Origin: the human T2T-CHM13v2.0 reference genome, Homo sapiens
Length of the DNA stretch: 64,000 nucleotides
Assembly (NCBI RefSeq): GCF_009914755.1
Contig: NC_060943.1
Reading direction: 5' to 3' (one strand)
A program made the translations under genes and the position numbers. A model generated the notes under the pieces. That model saw only the letters and a list, made by a program, of their open reading frames with translations. It did no database searches and had not been told where the DNA came from. How positions within the stretch are numbered: the stretch's first letter is position 1; each line of letters begins with the position of its first letter. Shown here piece after piece: positions 19,204 through 43,572 of the stretch.

Positions 19204-21343
19204 TATACCTGAAAATTTCAATCCAAGCCATAGTTAGAGAACCACAAGAGTTCAATAATTTCCCTCAAAAAATCCCTTTGTCATGTTCAAAAGAACTGCC
19301 AGATTTTTCTATTTTATGTGGGCAGAATCCTGGATCTCCTCTTTGGAAATAAATGGTCATAGTTTTAGATCGGAAAATATGTCATTTATTGGTGGAATGA
19401 ACACAATTCATTCACATGGACACAGTGAGCCGACCCTGCTTTGCTGCTGCTACCGTTGGCATTGCAGAACCGGAAACCTCCCCAACACATATTCACATAA
19501 AGCAACCATTTATTCTGATGTCTCCCTGCTTTGCAGGTTTACTGGACTCATGCGGGTGGTAGACACGCATGTGTGTGGGAGTCACGTTTTCTGAAGGACC
19601 TACAGGCTGGGATCCCAGAGGATTCTTCACTTATGTTTGACTCAACACTAAGGGTGAGTGAACACCTGGGGGCTGGCTGGTTGTCTCCTTCCCTACCTCC
19701 CCTACACATTAGTGTCTTGAATTTTCTGAAATCATGAAGGCCTCATAGTTGTTGGACTTAATCAATGATTACTGTCTTCCACCAAAGAAGGACTTTCAAG
19801 AAACCAAAGAAGAAGCTGCCAGGCATCATAGAACTTAGCTTTGAAAATTGGAGAGTGTCACTTTTCTATGACATTATATTGATTAAGGTGAGTACAGACA
19901 GCCCAAATCATGGGGAGGGGCCTCCACAGGTTGTGGTTGTTTTGATTATTGGTCATGATGGGGTCCTTTTTGGAACCAAGTTCCACTGAGTCTCCACTGG
20001 CTTACAGACTGTTCACATACCAAGAGAAGTAACCCTGGAAACAACTCCAGAAAGCAATACCATTGTAGGAAGAGGCTCAGAGTGAAGTCCCGCATCTTAT
20101 CATCCAATCAGGACCTGGTGTCCATGAGGTGACTACACATTGTCAGGTGCACTTTCTCTCAATGTGTGCACTAAGGAGACAAATTATTGGCCCTTAACAC
20201 ATCAAACACCCAATACTGAAACACACATAGGAAAAATGCAATTCACACACCTGATTTAAGCATTATTTGAAAAAGAAAAGAAAAAGAATTTTACATCAAA
20301 AGGACAAGAAGATTTTTAAAAGGAGAATGAATTGAAGAGAGGAAGAAGAAAATAGACAGCAGTCACTGGGCCACATCATTGCTGAAGCCAGCCAGACACC
20401 TATTTATCATTTTCTCTAGGACTGGTTCTCGGCAACAATCGGCTTCACCCTCCACTCTTCCCTTCTTGGAGTTTCTACCAAGATGGCAGAATGACAGTCC
20501 TTTTCCCTCTATAAGAGCTGAGATCACCTGCTTCATAGCAAACCTGGAGAACCACTTAGCAGAAACAACATGTTACCTACAAACTAATGAAGGCAGATTG
20601 AGTAAAGTCCTGTCAAATAGCCTCTTTTTCCACACGGCCCAAGTCAGGCATCATTTTGATCATCCTCATCCTCTCTCCCCATGTTCATTGCCGCAGTTTG
20701 TTCACCTCCAACCTTACTCATGGGTATGCTCCTCTCCTACCCGCATTCAACCTAACACCCAGATACCTGAGGTGCCAACACACAGCCAGTGCTACTCCTC
20801 ATTCCTTTCTTCCACGTTTCATTCCCATATGGAATGAAATTCCCTCCTCTCTCACTGGACACTCTTGGGTTCAGTTTAGGTCCACTCTCCTCCTTACACC
20901 TTTCTGCTCTCAGTGTTGTTCACTTTTCTATTTTGATAATAGGTCATAGGCCTCATCACCTGTATGGAATTCATTTTTTGTGGAATTTTAGAAGGTGACA
21001 CTGACCTTATCAGGGGCTCACCTTCAGCCTAGCACCTAAATGTGCAGAGGCAAGTGGACAAAAAGGAACTGGGAATAGAGTCCAGGCTTCACTCAGTACC
21101 TCTTTGTAGTGACAGCAGAAAGAGTAGTATGGGTGGTGGGTGTGAGATGTTGTGTCACGGGAACGGAGAACAGGAAGTGTTTCCTGGGCACTGAGAAGTG
21201 TCTCCTGTCTCACGGTGACCTCTTCCCCAGCACAGTTTAGCTGCAGAATACACACTGTTGTCCTCAGCACATAGATCATTCTCAAAGATAGACCATATGT
21301 TGTCATGAAACCAGTCTTGAAACATTAAAAAAAAATTGAAATA

Positions 21344-21631
<288 letters not shown>

Positions 21632-22586
21632 TCAAGCCACTTCTTTGACCACAATGGAATAAAACAAGAAATTGGTAGCAAGAGGAGTTTTGGAAACTAT
21701 CCAAATACATAGAAATTAAACAGTATGTACCTGAATGACCAGTGGGTCAATGAAGAAATTAAGAAGAAAATTAAAAGTTTTCTTGAAACAAATGATAATG
21801 AAAACATAACATACCAAAATGTATGGGATACAGCCAGGGCAGTATAAAGACGGAATTTTATAGCTCTAAGTCCCCACATCAAAAAAGAGAAAAGCTTCAA
21901 ATAAACAATATAATGATGCCTCTTAAAGAATTAGATAAGCAAGAGCAAACCAAACTTAAAATTAGTAGAAGAAAATAAATAATAAAGATCAGAGCAGATA
22001 CAAATGAAATTAATAAAAAGTGTTTTTTCTGATAATTTAAACAAAATTAGCAAACCTTAGCCAGACTAAGAAAAAAGTAGAGAAGATATAGATAAATAAA
22101 ATCAGAAATGAAAAAAAGACACATTACAACTGATACCACAGAAATTCAAAAAATTATTAGTGGCTACTCTGAGCAACTATACACCAATAAATTGGAAAAT
22201 CTAGATGAAATGAACAAATTCCTGGATACTTACAACCTATCGATATTGAACCTGGAAGAAATTAAAAGCCTGAACAGTCCAATAATAAATAATAAAATAG
22301 AAGCCACAATAAAGTCTCCTCATAAAGAAAAGCCCAAGACCTGATGCCTTCACTGCTGAATTCTACTGAACATTTAAGAAAAAATTAATGCCAATCTTAC
22401 CGATACTATTCAGAAAAACAGAGGAGGGACTATTACTGAACTCATTAAAAGAGGCCAGCATTATCTTGATATCAAAACCACACAAAAACCCACCAAAAAA
22501 GGAAGAGAAACCATAGGCCATAGGCCATAGGCCAATATCTCTAATAAATATTGATGCAAAAATCCTAAACAAAACACTAGCAAACC

Positions 22587-23937
<1,351 letters not shown>

Positions 23938-25999
23938 TTATCATGTCCAAATGGGATTTATTCCTGGAATGCATGGATGGTTCAACATATGCAAATCAAT
24001 TAATATGATACCTCATATCAACAGAATGAAGAACAAAAGCCATATGATCATTTTAATTGATACTGAAAAAGTGTTTGATAAAATGCAACATTTCTTCACA
24101 ATAAAAACCCTAAAAAAATTCGTGATGGAAGGCCCATACCTTAAAATAATAAGCCATATATGACAGACCCACAGCTAGTGTCATACTCAATGAGGAAAAC
24201 CTGAAAGCCTTTTGTCTAAGCTCTGAAACACTACAAGGATGGCCGTTTTCACACTGTCATTCAACATAGTACCAGAAGTCTTAGCTAGACCAATTTGACA
24301 AGAGAAAGAAACAAAGGGCATCCAAATTGGAAAGGAGGAAGATAACATAATCTTATATTTGGAAAAACCTAACCACTCCACAAAAAACTACTAGAACTGA
24401 TAAACAAATTTGGTAAAGTTGCAGGATACAAAATCAACATATAAAAATTAGTAGCATTTCTACATGCAAACAAGGAACAATCTGAAAAAGGATTTAAAAA
24501 GCTATCTTATTTACAATAGCCACAAAGTAAATTAAGTACCCAGAAAGTTACTTAACGAAAGAATTGAAAGATATCTGAAAAAGTCTAAAAAACGAATGGA
24601 AGAAGTTGAAGAGGACACCAAAGTGGAAAAAAATATTCCACGTTCATGGATTAGAAGAGTCAATTTTGTTAAAATGTCCATACTACCAAAGGTAATCTAC
24701 AGATTCAATGCAATCTTTATGAAAATACCAATAACATTCTTCACAGGTGTAGAAAAACAATCCTAAAATTTATATGAAATTATAAATGACTGAGAATAGC
24801 CAAAGCCATCCTAAGCAAAAAGAACAAAACTGGAGGAATCACATTACCTGACTTCAAATTACACTACAGAGCTATAGTAACAACAACAACAAGAACAACT
24901 ACAAAAAGCATGGTACTGGCATAAAAACAGAAACAGACCAATGGAACAGAATAGAGAACCCAGAAACAAATCCACACACCTACAGTGAACTCATTTTCAA
25001 CAAAGGTGCCAAGAATATACACTGGGTAAAAGACAGTCTCTTCAATAAATGGCATAGGGGAAACTATGCAGAAGAGTGAACCTAGAAACCTATATCTCCT
25101 CATGTACAAAAATCAAATCAAAATGGAGTAAAGATTTCAAACTAAGATCTCAGACTATGAAAGTACTAGAAGAAAATACGGGGATAAATCTTGAGGACAT
25201 TTGTTCTGGCAAAAATTTCTTGAGAAATACCCCACAAACACAGGCAAACAAAGCAAAAAAAACGAACAAATGAGATAATGTTAAGTTAAAAAACTGCCTA
25301 GCATAGGAAACAATCAAAAAGTGAAGAGAAAACCCACAGAATGGGAGAAAATATTTGCAAACTAATTGCCTGACAAAGGATTAATAACCAGAATATATAA
25401 AATGGTTTGAATTCCTTGACAAAAAAAAAGTGAAGAGAAAAATGAAATAAGAGGGAGAAGGAAGGAAGGATGGAAGGAAATTCTAATACACTCCACATTT
25501 GAATTCTAATATAGGTTTTAAGGATGCTTCCTTTCACCACGAAAAGAACTTGAGGAGGGGTCCTGAGTCCTCCACCCCAGGTGAAGAAGACTGCATTGTG
25601 ACTCAAGTCCAATCACCTGTACCTGCACCTGTCCTCACACAGGTCTGGAACTAAGAAACAAATAACCAATAACTAGACTTAAGAATCTCAACTTTCTCCA
25701 CAAATTTGCAGGAGAAAGGGTGTCTCTGACAATTTGGATTCCCATGGACGCTCAGAGAAAAGAAAAGGGTGTGGGTGGAGCCCAGGTGTGTGAGAGGCAG
25801 ATGGGAAAGACCCTCACCTGGCAAAGCCAAGGGGACCAGTGTGGGATCAGGGGGACACAAGGGCTTTCTCTACCTCCCTCCATAGGTCCTGCTTAGGATC
25901 AAGACCAGTGTTCTGTCAGAACATCTGTAGACCAAAAGAAGTGTTACCTCCCAGGGCAAATGATTTTCACCAAAATCCTCACTATTTTTACCATTGCAC

Positions 26000-28900
26000 A
26001 GATTAGGAAAATTAGGAAATGTACATTCTGCACAGTGGAGAGAAGGCTTAATGAGAGGCATGGGGGCTGGACTTCACAACCCCTCACCCTCATCCTCACT
26101 CCATCATCCTTGTCTGTGCATTTCCCTGGTGACCCCTTCCTCCCCCTGGTGTCTTCCCCACCGTCATTTCTGCTGCATCACAGACACAGGCTTGCAAAAA
26201 AGTGTGGTTGTGACTGAGTCTGTTTCTGATACCCTGGGGCTATGGTGTCTGAGACGTTGCATGTTGTCAGGTGTGGACCCTGGACCAGTGTAACCTTCTG
26301 TGAGGGTGTGATGGTGTCTGATGAGAGTGAACTCTGCTGAGATGATGTGACTTTAGGTGGGAGGTGGAGAGCCCACCAGGATGGGTGGGATGTGCCTGAG
26401 TGTAAAAGGGTGACTGTGTTTTGTCTTCCCGACTGTGATGTGAGTGTGTGTGTGAGCAAGGCCAGACCAATGCATGAGCATCTTTATAGGCACAGCGAGC
26501 AGGCATTTGTGACTCAGTGAGTGGGGTGACTCTGTGCGACTATGGGTGTGTGTGAGTGCTGGGATATGACTGGGTGTTGAACTGGGAACATGCATGTGGC
26601 CTTCTGTGCATGTCAAGTTTCCTCCTCACACAGCAGGGCCTCTGATGAAGCAGCTGTGCATCTTCCCATGTGTGTCAATGTGGATGCCAGGTGGCAGAAC
26701 TGGTGTGAATCTTGGGGACTGTGAGTTATCAATGACTCATTTGTGAGCATTAATGAGAGCAGAAAGCATGCTCTCTAGATGCCTCTTCCCAAGCAGAGTG
26801 GGAAAGAGGAATGCAGATCATAGGAGTGATGTTTCCTCAGGTAGGTTCTGCACACAGTGACCACCATCTCCTGTCTTTCAGCCTCATGTCTCTTCCTGGC
26901 TCCCACCAAAGCCTGCCCTTCTTATTGTGGGTCTGGAGAGTTTGCAGATCCTGGCTCTCTAAGGAAGAGCATTAGAGTCTGTGGTTTCGGATACTAAATC
27001 ACCCTAAACCAGGAAGGAACAAGTGTAGCCTCAGTTCAGACAGAGTTTACAGTGGATATTAATCATCAGAGTAGCTGGGTTCACTGGCTCATGCCCATAA
27101 TCCCAGCACTTTGTCAAGCAAAGATGGGAAAATAACTTGAGGCCAGAGGTTTGAGACCAGCCTGGGCAATATAGTGAGATGCTGTGTTTACAAAAACTTT
27201 TAAGTATCAGACAGGCATTGTGGCAGGCCTCTTTCATCACAGCTACTCAGGAGGCCAAGGCATGAGGATCCCTTCAGCACAGGAGTTTGTGGCTTTGTGA
27301 GCTATTGGTGCACCACTGCATGTCAGCCTGGGTGACAGAGTGAGATCATGTTTCAAAAAGGAAGAAAAATTATACACTTGTAGGTTCTCTCTAATTACTT
27401 CCCTGACCCACACTTTTCATTTGTCCAAGTGCTGGAGCTGTGTCCTCAAGATTTTTACAACTTCTGGGAAGGACGTCCATTGCCCTTGATGACTGTGATG
27501 CACGTGCATCCCACACACAGGGGTTTTCTGTTCTTTTTCAATTTCCCTCTCTCTTTCAACAAGTGTTGCTTCTTACTGGAGTGAATTTCTCTGCTGTTAC
27601 ATCCTCAAGTCTAGTTTTCACAGTTTCAGAGTTGAAATTGATCTCAGGTCAATATTCCACAAGGACCCAATCCATAGTGTTAGGTCACCCCCAACAAGCC
27701 CTGTACATGCCAGGGATTAGGCTAAAGATTTTACACGTATTAACTTCTGTCACTAAAATCACCCTACAAAGTAAGAATTTCTAATAAAGACAAAAAAGTA
27801 AAAAGTAAAGAAAGCAAAGAAAAATAAGAGTTTTAAATAATCCTCCTGGTACCTGGGAAACTAAGGTAGGCAGCATTCAAGTAATAGATCTAAGATGGCA
27901 CTTCCAGTAAGAGGCAGAATCAGGAGTGGAATCCAGACAGCCTGGCTCCTGAATCCTTGTTCCTAACTATGGGACCCTCATGTCTTCAGGAATATGGAGT
28001 CCTGACTGTGATAGGGTGAAAAAGAGAAGTCCTCACTGTTTGCCTGTTGATTTCTAACCTTCTGCATCATGGGAATCTGTTAGAAAAGGGGAGGCCACAC
28101 CTGGCCGGGCCCCTCTCACCCACTCTCAGTCCTCTAGCAGGTGCCCCACACAATGCCTGTGTCCTTGTCCATTGGTTCTACCATGACAATCAGAGGGACA
28201 CCGATCCTCCCTTTTTTGTGAGTACTCCATGGTCCATGGCACGGGGGTGGAAAAGAAGGGAGAATATTTACTCAGGAAGTGGCCTCATGTGAGTGATGTG
28301 GAAATGTCTAGTTGGCATGATAAAGGCACCAATTAAGTTGCAGGTCCTGGAGACCCTCCAGCACCAGGCATGAAACCTGCAGTGGCTGCACTTTGGGCCA
28401 GTCATGTGGCCTAGGGGAGGAGGACACTCAGGGATTGGGGGTGTGGCTCATTATCAAGGGGCATAGACTTTTCAAAGAATGGACAAGTAATAGCTCAGGT
28501 CAGTGACTGTGGCTCAGTTTCCATCTTGTGATGAGTGACAGAGCATGTCCCCACCTGGGGGAATGAGGTGCTAAAACAGCCCCACAGAAACCAGTCCTGC
28601 AGTATCACCAGGGAGCCTGCTTTCTTCTTTGGGGAAAGGGGGGAAGGGATGTGTGTGTGTTGAGTGTGTGCCCCACGACGGGGAGGGGCTTGCCCAACAC
28701 TCTGTGTGCTTTGCCCTCAGCAATGACCCAGAGCTGCGGGTGGAATTCTACACTGGGACAAATGAGGACTCAGACATCGCCTTCCATTTCTGAGTGCACT
28801 TTGGCCATTGTCTGGCCATTGACAGCCATGTGTGTAGGGCCTGGAAGTGTGAGGGGAGATGCCACAATGTGCCCTTTTAGGATGGCAAGCCATTTGATCT

Positions 28901-30634
28901 GAGCATCTTGGTGCTGGACAATGAATACCAGGTGAGTGCCCTAGGAGCTCCCAGTACCCAGCCCTCCATGGGCTCCCAGAGCAGGAGGCAGCTCTCCCTG
29001 GCTTGGCCCCAATAGTCCCTCTGGACCCACCTCCCATAACTAGTTTTGCTTTGGGCTTTTCATCAAAACGCTCTGCTTGCGCCATCATCCTCAGCTCTTT
29101 TCCCAAATCTGACCAGGGTCAATATCAGCTCACCTCGCATTTCCCCCAAGGTGGAGAATCTCCTCTATCTTTTCCCATTGTGGTCACTTCCACTTTATGC
29201 TGTTATTTAAATTTTTCACTTCGCTGAATGAATACAATATTCCTAAAAATAAAATTGTTTTAGTCAATCAAAAATTAAGTCTATCTCATTCCTGGACCCA
29301 ATCTTACTCCTGAGAACATTACCAGTGCTCTGTTCTCCTTCCACAGGAAATCTTTGCTTATGGAAGCATATAGATCTATACTTTCATTTGTTTTTAAGAA
29401 ATTCCTAGTATACATTGCTTTACACATTACCCTTTAGGAACTGAGTTAATTTGTTGTTAAAAATATATATCTTGAAGACATCTTCTATTAATGGTGCTGC
29501 CTCAATTTTTAAAGATTGCATAATGTTGCATTAGAGCAATTACCCAAAATTATTGACCTTGACTCTTTTGATGGGCATTGAGGTTATTTCCAATATTTTG
29601 CTCTCACAGATGGTGCTGTAATAAGATTTCTAGTAAATTCTTTTGTCATTATCCACCTCTCTTACTTATGTTGAAAAATAATCAGAAAGAAATGAAATAA
29701 CAGGTTCAAAAATGTGTGCATTTTAAATTTAACAAATTGACACCTAGAAGGTTACTTTACAGCCTTAGTAATAAAGAATATGTCCAAATGTTCTGGCTCT
29801 TTCTAATGTGTAGGGCAAACGCCAAAAGATTCACATTTTACTCAGATTCAAGTGAGGGATCTTTATCTGTGCTTAGAAGCTGTTTAAAATGATATCTTAT
29901 GTTTTGCAACACTTGTCCGATTCTACCTTTCCAAAAACACTTGAAATTTATTCTTGGCCACCACCAGCCCAGATCTAGGTAACTCCAAAGAGAAACTGGG
30001 CCATCAGCGTGAGTGGCAGTCAGAGTTCATAAAACTGAAAGATATGCATTCAACGAATATAGTCTAGCATTAATCCTGTGTGGACTCCTGTACAAGATGC
30101 AGGGATTCAAGCTCATGAAACAGAGTCACTATCCATGGGGGTTTTCCAGGCTAGAGGGGAGGCTGAGCAAACATAGACCAGCCTTGCTGGAAGTATGAGA
30201 GGAAAAATTAGAAATAAAGCAAACAACTGTCTCAAATAGGTACAAAAGTTGATCTGCAAACAGAAGTGTGTGTTTTGAGTTCAGTTATATAACTAGGAGT
30301 TTTCTCACGGGATGTTGTAGGTACTAGGACAGAGTAAAGAGGAGGCTGAAAGCTTGTTTGGTGGCATACTGTCTTTCTAATGCATTTTTCCTTTTGTAGG
30401 TAATAATAAATAGCCAACACTGTTGCAGCTTTGTCCATAACTCCCACCATGTTCTGTGAAGATGGTGCAAGTGTGGAGAGATGTCTCCCTGACCTCAATG
30501 TCTGTCTGCAGTTGATGCAGATGATCACACTCCTCATTGTTGAGGAATCCCTCTTTCTATGTGACCATAGGATTTCCAGAGCCTACTAACAGCATGATCT
30601 CTCCTCACTGTTTCTGCTACACTTGGTCATTAAA
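26000..30634 (+). pseudogene. Unprocessed galectin pseudogene (LGALS13/14/17-like): exon 1 deleted, R55X, second stop, exon 4 frameshift
   Basis: Exon 2 at 28141-28217 (VPHTMPVSLSIGSTMTIRGTPILPF). Exon 3 at 28721-28931 with TGA at 28791 (codon 55) and TAG at 28878. Exon 4 at 30400-30515 is 116 nt (1-nt deletion). ATTAAA at 30629. The promoter joins directly to intron 1 at about 26235. Confidence 0.92.
27073..27368 (+). mobile_element. AluJ (shared intron-1 copy)
   Basis: Homologous to 14641 and 39820. Confidence 0.8.
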
Positions 30635-32144
30635 ACATCACCAAACTACCGAGGATTTGTTTGGTTCTTGCTTTAAGGGAGAAAGAGAAAGTGGTCATTC
30701 CCAGGAGGGCCCAAGGAATTCTATGAGAGGCATCAAGAAATCAAAAAGGATAAGCCTTCGTGTGACTTCAGGAGTGAGTGACAAGGTCCCTGGAATGTCT
30801 GAGAAGACATTAGGTACAGCATCCTTCTATATCACATTGTTGACATCAGAGACTCTGAAACAAAATCCTTACTCAATCTCAGATGACTCACTGCACTGAA
30901 ATGTTAGGTAGCTGTTTACAGCCACACAAGTGTACCTCAGGGAAGAAATTTGGTAACTTGAGGACAATCTGGTGGAATTTCCTAATTCCTTCCATTGTTC
31001 TCAGGATATTTATTGTGTATAAACATGGTGCTTTGGTCTGTAAAGACTGCCATGCAGGACCTTTAAAAAGAGACACATTTCTGACATGAAAATTTTAATC
31101 CAAACAATAGTTAGAGAATCACAGGAGCCCAAAAATTTCTCTTAAAGAACCTCAAATGTTGATGTTTAAAGATAATTGTGAGTTTTTTCTGATGTATGTG
31201 GCAGAATCCTTAGATTTCTATTTGGAAACAAATGGTCATGGTTTAAGTCCAGAAAATATGTAGTTTATTGTTGGGATGGACAGAATTCATACACATGGAC
31301 ACAGTGAGCAGACCTTGCTTTGCTGCTGTTTCACTAGGCATTGCAGCACAGCAAACCTCCCAACACATGTTGGCTTAGAGCAATCATTTATTCTGACCTT
31401 TCTCAGTTAACTGGACTCATGTGAGAGGTAGGTCATGTGGTGAGAATCATGTTTTCCGAAGCATCTTTCAGGCTGGGATTCCAGAGGATGCTTCACTGAT
31501 GCCTGACCCAACACTAGAGCTGGGTGAACATCTGGGGGCTGGCTGGTTATTTTATTCCCTACTTCACCTCCCCATTCATGCCTTGAATTTTCTCAAATCA
31601 TGAGAGTCTCATGATTCTTAGACTTAATGAATGATAATTGGCTTCCACTAAAGAAAGCCTTCCAAAAGGCTCAGGAAGAAGGTGCAAGGCATCATAGGAC
31701 CTAGCTTTGAAAGGCACACAGTATCAGTACTGTGACATTATATTGATCAAAGTGAGCTATACAGACAGCCCAAATCAAAGGGTGGGGATTCCATAAGCTG
31801 TGGTTATTTTGACCTGTTGTCATGAGGGAGCATTTTTGGCAACTATTCCCACTCATTCCTCAGTGGCTTAAATGCTTTCCACATTCCAAAAACACTATCC
31901 TGTAAGGAACCACTGAATGCAATATGATTACAGAAACAGGCTCAGATTGAAGTTTAGAGTCTTATCGTTTAATCAGGATCTGGTGTCCATGAGGTGACTA
32001 CAAATTATCAGGTGCACTTTCTCTCAACATATGCATTAAATGAATACATTACCTCCCCTATACAAATCAAACATACAAGACTGAAACAGATATAGGAAAA
32101 TGCAGTGGACACATCTATTTTAGAAGGGCAAAAAATAATAAACA

Positions 32145-32452
32145 GCACCCTGAAAGCAAGATGGGTCACCAATAGCTCTACTGGAGCTACCCACGAAAAT
32201 TCAGCCAGGGTTCTCACTCTTGTTACATCTGCTCAAACCAGCATGGCCTTATCCAAAAATACTGTCTTGATGTGTGCCGCTTGTGTTTCCATAAGTACTT
32301 AAAGGATATATTTTTCATTAAGTTGGACTAAGTGATCTTCCTTGAATTGATATGCAAGACTTACATCCAATGAAAGAAACTGTGCTAGCACATTAAACAT
32401 GAATAGAGATTAAAACAAAGAAACAAATAAAAACAAACAAGAACAAAAAAGA
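32145..32452 (+). pseudogene. RPS29: Processed pseudogene of ribosomal protein S29 (uS14)
   Basis: 32161-32331 translates to [55 protein letters not shown], against RPS29 [56 protein letters not shown]. Intronless, with an A-rich tail at about 32410-32452 and a degenerate TSD (AATAAACAGCA / AATAGGCAGCA). Confidence 0.93.
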
Positions 32453-33124
32453 AAATAGGCAGCAGTCACTCGTCCACATTATTGGACCCTATTTTCATCT
32501 TCTCTGAAAGTGGTTCCCTGTGACAATTGGCTCCACCATCTATTGTCAGTTTCTTGGAACTCCTACCAAGATGACACAATGACAGACCTTTTCTCGATAC
32601 AGGAGCTGTGGTCACCTGGTTCATAGAACAAAAAGAGAACCACTTAGAAGATAAACAGCAAATTACCTAAAAGCCAAACAATGCAGATTGAAGAGGGTCT
32701 CATCAAATAGCCTCTTTGTCAGCAGGGCCCATATCAGGTGGCATTTTGATCATCCTCATCCTGTCTTCCCATGTTTATTGCCGCAGCTTGTTCAACAGCA
32801 ACCTTACTCATAGATATGCCTCTCTCCTTTCCCTCCTTTAACCTAACATCCAGTTACCTTGAGGTGTCAATGCACAGTAAATAATACATTCATGCCTCTC
32901 TTTTTTGTTTCTTTCCAGTATAAGCTGAAATTTTCTCCCCTCTCACTGGAAAGTCCCAGGTTCTTGTTAGGTATACTCACCTCCTTGTATCATCCCACTC
33001 ACAGTTTTGGTCACTTCTCTATTTTGATGATGGAGCATAGGCCTCCTCACCAGCATGGAAGTCATTTTTGGGCAATTAGGCAATTCTTGCTCAGAGTGGA
33101 TTAAGACTATCTTGGAACCCATAA

Positions 33125-33446
<322 letters not shown>

Positions 33447-34154
33447 TGAGCAGAACATGAGTTTAATTTCATATCTATATGTCCCTGGATGATTCCAATT
33501 GTATTTGAATAACCTACAGGGTCCTACATGCTGCCTGTGCTAGACAAACACACAGTGACTGCCTTTTCTTAACTGATATTCACCAGCTCAGTTCAGTTCA
33601 CATAGGCCATTTGTTACACTCATCTTTATACTACCTACTATCCTGTGCTCATGGTAGCCAGGAGTGATGTCTCAGATAAAAAGATAACACATAGAGACCA
33701 GGAAGCAATGTTCAACAAGCAAGTTTTGATTTGCCTCTGGGGACCTACTCAACATCTTTTTCATGCTCCTCAACCTAAATTCACTAAATACAGCATTCCC
33801 ACTAAATATAGCATTGCTCAAAACACAGAAGGTTATTCTTGGACTCTAAAGCCTTGCCTTCTGAAAGGTCTGGAGGGCTTTTCAGTTTTTGCTGAAAGCC
33901 CCCAAAGAATAAATCTAGTCTTTGAAAATGTCCTTGATGCCTAAGTCCACCAAAGCTGTTTCCTCTGGGGTGCTGTCCGTGATGCTGAGCACTGGTGCTT
34001 CTAGGCCTGTATTTGCAAGTGAGGGGCTAATAAAACAGAATTAGGAGATAAATTTTTTGTTTTGTTTTGTATTTGATAAATTGCAGCTCAAAATATGCAT
34101 GATATATGGAGCAGGAAATGAATTTGGATTTTCAAACCACAATTTCTGCAATGC

Positions 34155-36485
<2,331 letters not shown>

Positions 36486-36846
36486 AATGTCACCTTTCTT
36501 CTGGAATCTGCAGGAGAAACAGTGTCTCTGAAACTTTGATTCACATGGACATCAAGAGAAAGGAGAGAGTATTGCTAGAGTCCAGGTGTGGGACAGACAG
36601 ATGAGAGCAGCCCTCACCTGGTAGAGCCAAAGGGCTTAGCATGGGGCAGGTTCATGCAAGGACGTTCTCTACCTCCCCCCCGGATCATCCTGAGGATCAA
36701 GGGCAGTGCTGTCCCAGAATCTTTAAAGGCAAAAAGAACAATTTAAAGGCAGAATGTATGATCTGTAGGTGTCTCTTTCCAATAAGTGTGGGGAAGAGGA
36801 ATACAGACTACGGGGGTACTGGTCCCTTAGGTGAGGTCTGCACAGC
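36486..36846 (+). pseudogene. Collapsed remnant of an additional galectin gene unit (distal promoter fused to an intron-1 fragment)
   Basis: 36486-36745 aligns with LGALS14 upstream 38060-38337; 36749-36846 aligns with intron 1 (14335-14430, 39463-39560). Confidence 0.75.
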
Positions 36847-36854
36847 TGGTATGC

Positions 36855-38060
<1,206 letters not shown>

Positions 38061-38710
38061 ATCTCATCTTTCTCCCAGAATCTGCAGGAGAAACAATATC
38101 TCTGAAACTTTGTTTTACATGGACTCCAAGACAAAGCAGAGAATGCAGCTAGAGCCCAGGTATGTGACAGACAGATGAGAGTGACCCTCACCTGGCAGAT
38201 CCAAGGGGCCTAGTGTGAGGCAGGTTCATGCAAGAACTATCTCTACTTCTCTTCCCAGATCCTCCTGAGGATCAAGGTCAAAAGGATCTGACCCTTAAAG
38301 GCCCTCCCAGAACCTTTAAAGGCAAAGAGAAGAATTACCTTCTAGGTCTAACGTCTTTTTCCAAAATTCCCAATTTTTTATTTTTAGTCATTGTACAAAT
38401 TGAGGAAATGTACACCTTCTGGCTAGATTCTGCATACTGGAGAAAAAGCTTGAGAGGCACAAAGGCTGGGCTTTACAATCCCTATCCCTCACTCCATCAT
38501 CCTTATCTATGCATTTCCCTGGTAACCCAATCCACAGCCTGGTACCTCCCCCACTGTCATTTCTGCTGCATTACAGACACAGACCTGCAAACATCTATGG
38601 TTGTGACAGAGTTTCTTTCTGACACCTGAGTCTTTCTCCTGCTGCACGGAAAGCTTGCTGGGAGGGGCTTGGAATCTGGCATGAAGCCAAAGGGCATCTC
38701 TGAGTTGCAG

Positions 38711-38718
38711 CATTTAAA
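38711..38718 (+). promoter_or_regulatory. TATA-like box of LGALS14
   Basis: CATTTAAA about 75 nt upstream of the ATG; positionally conserved across units. Confidence 0.5.
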
Positions 38719-38787
38719 TGATCCCACTCAGAGATTCACACAGAAGACTGGACACAATTCCGAAGAGCTGCCCAGAAGGAGAGAACA

Positions 38788-43572
<4,785 letters not shown>

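Noticed and set aside
22511-22533. CCATAGG x3 repeat as a regulatory array or CRISPR-like feature
   Set aside because: Simple slippage inside an old L1, with no spacers, in eukaryotic DNA.
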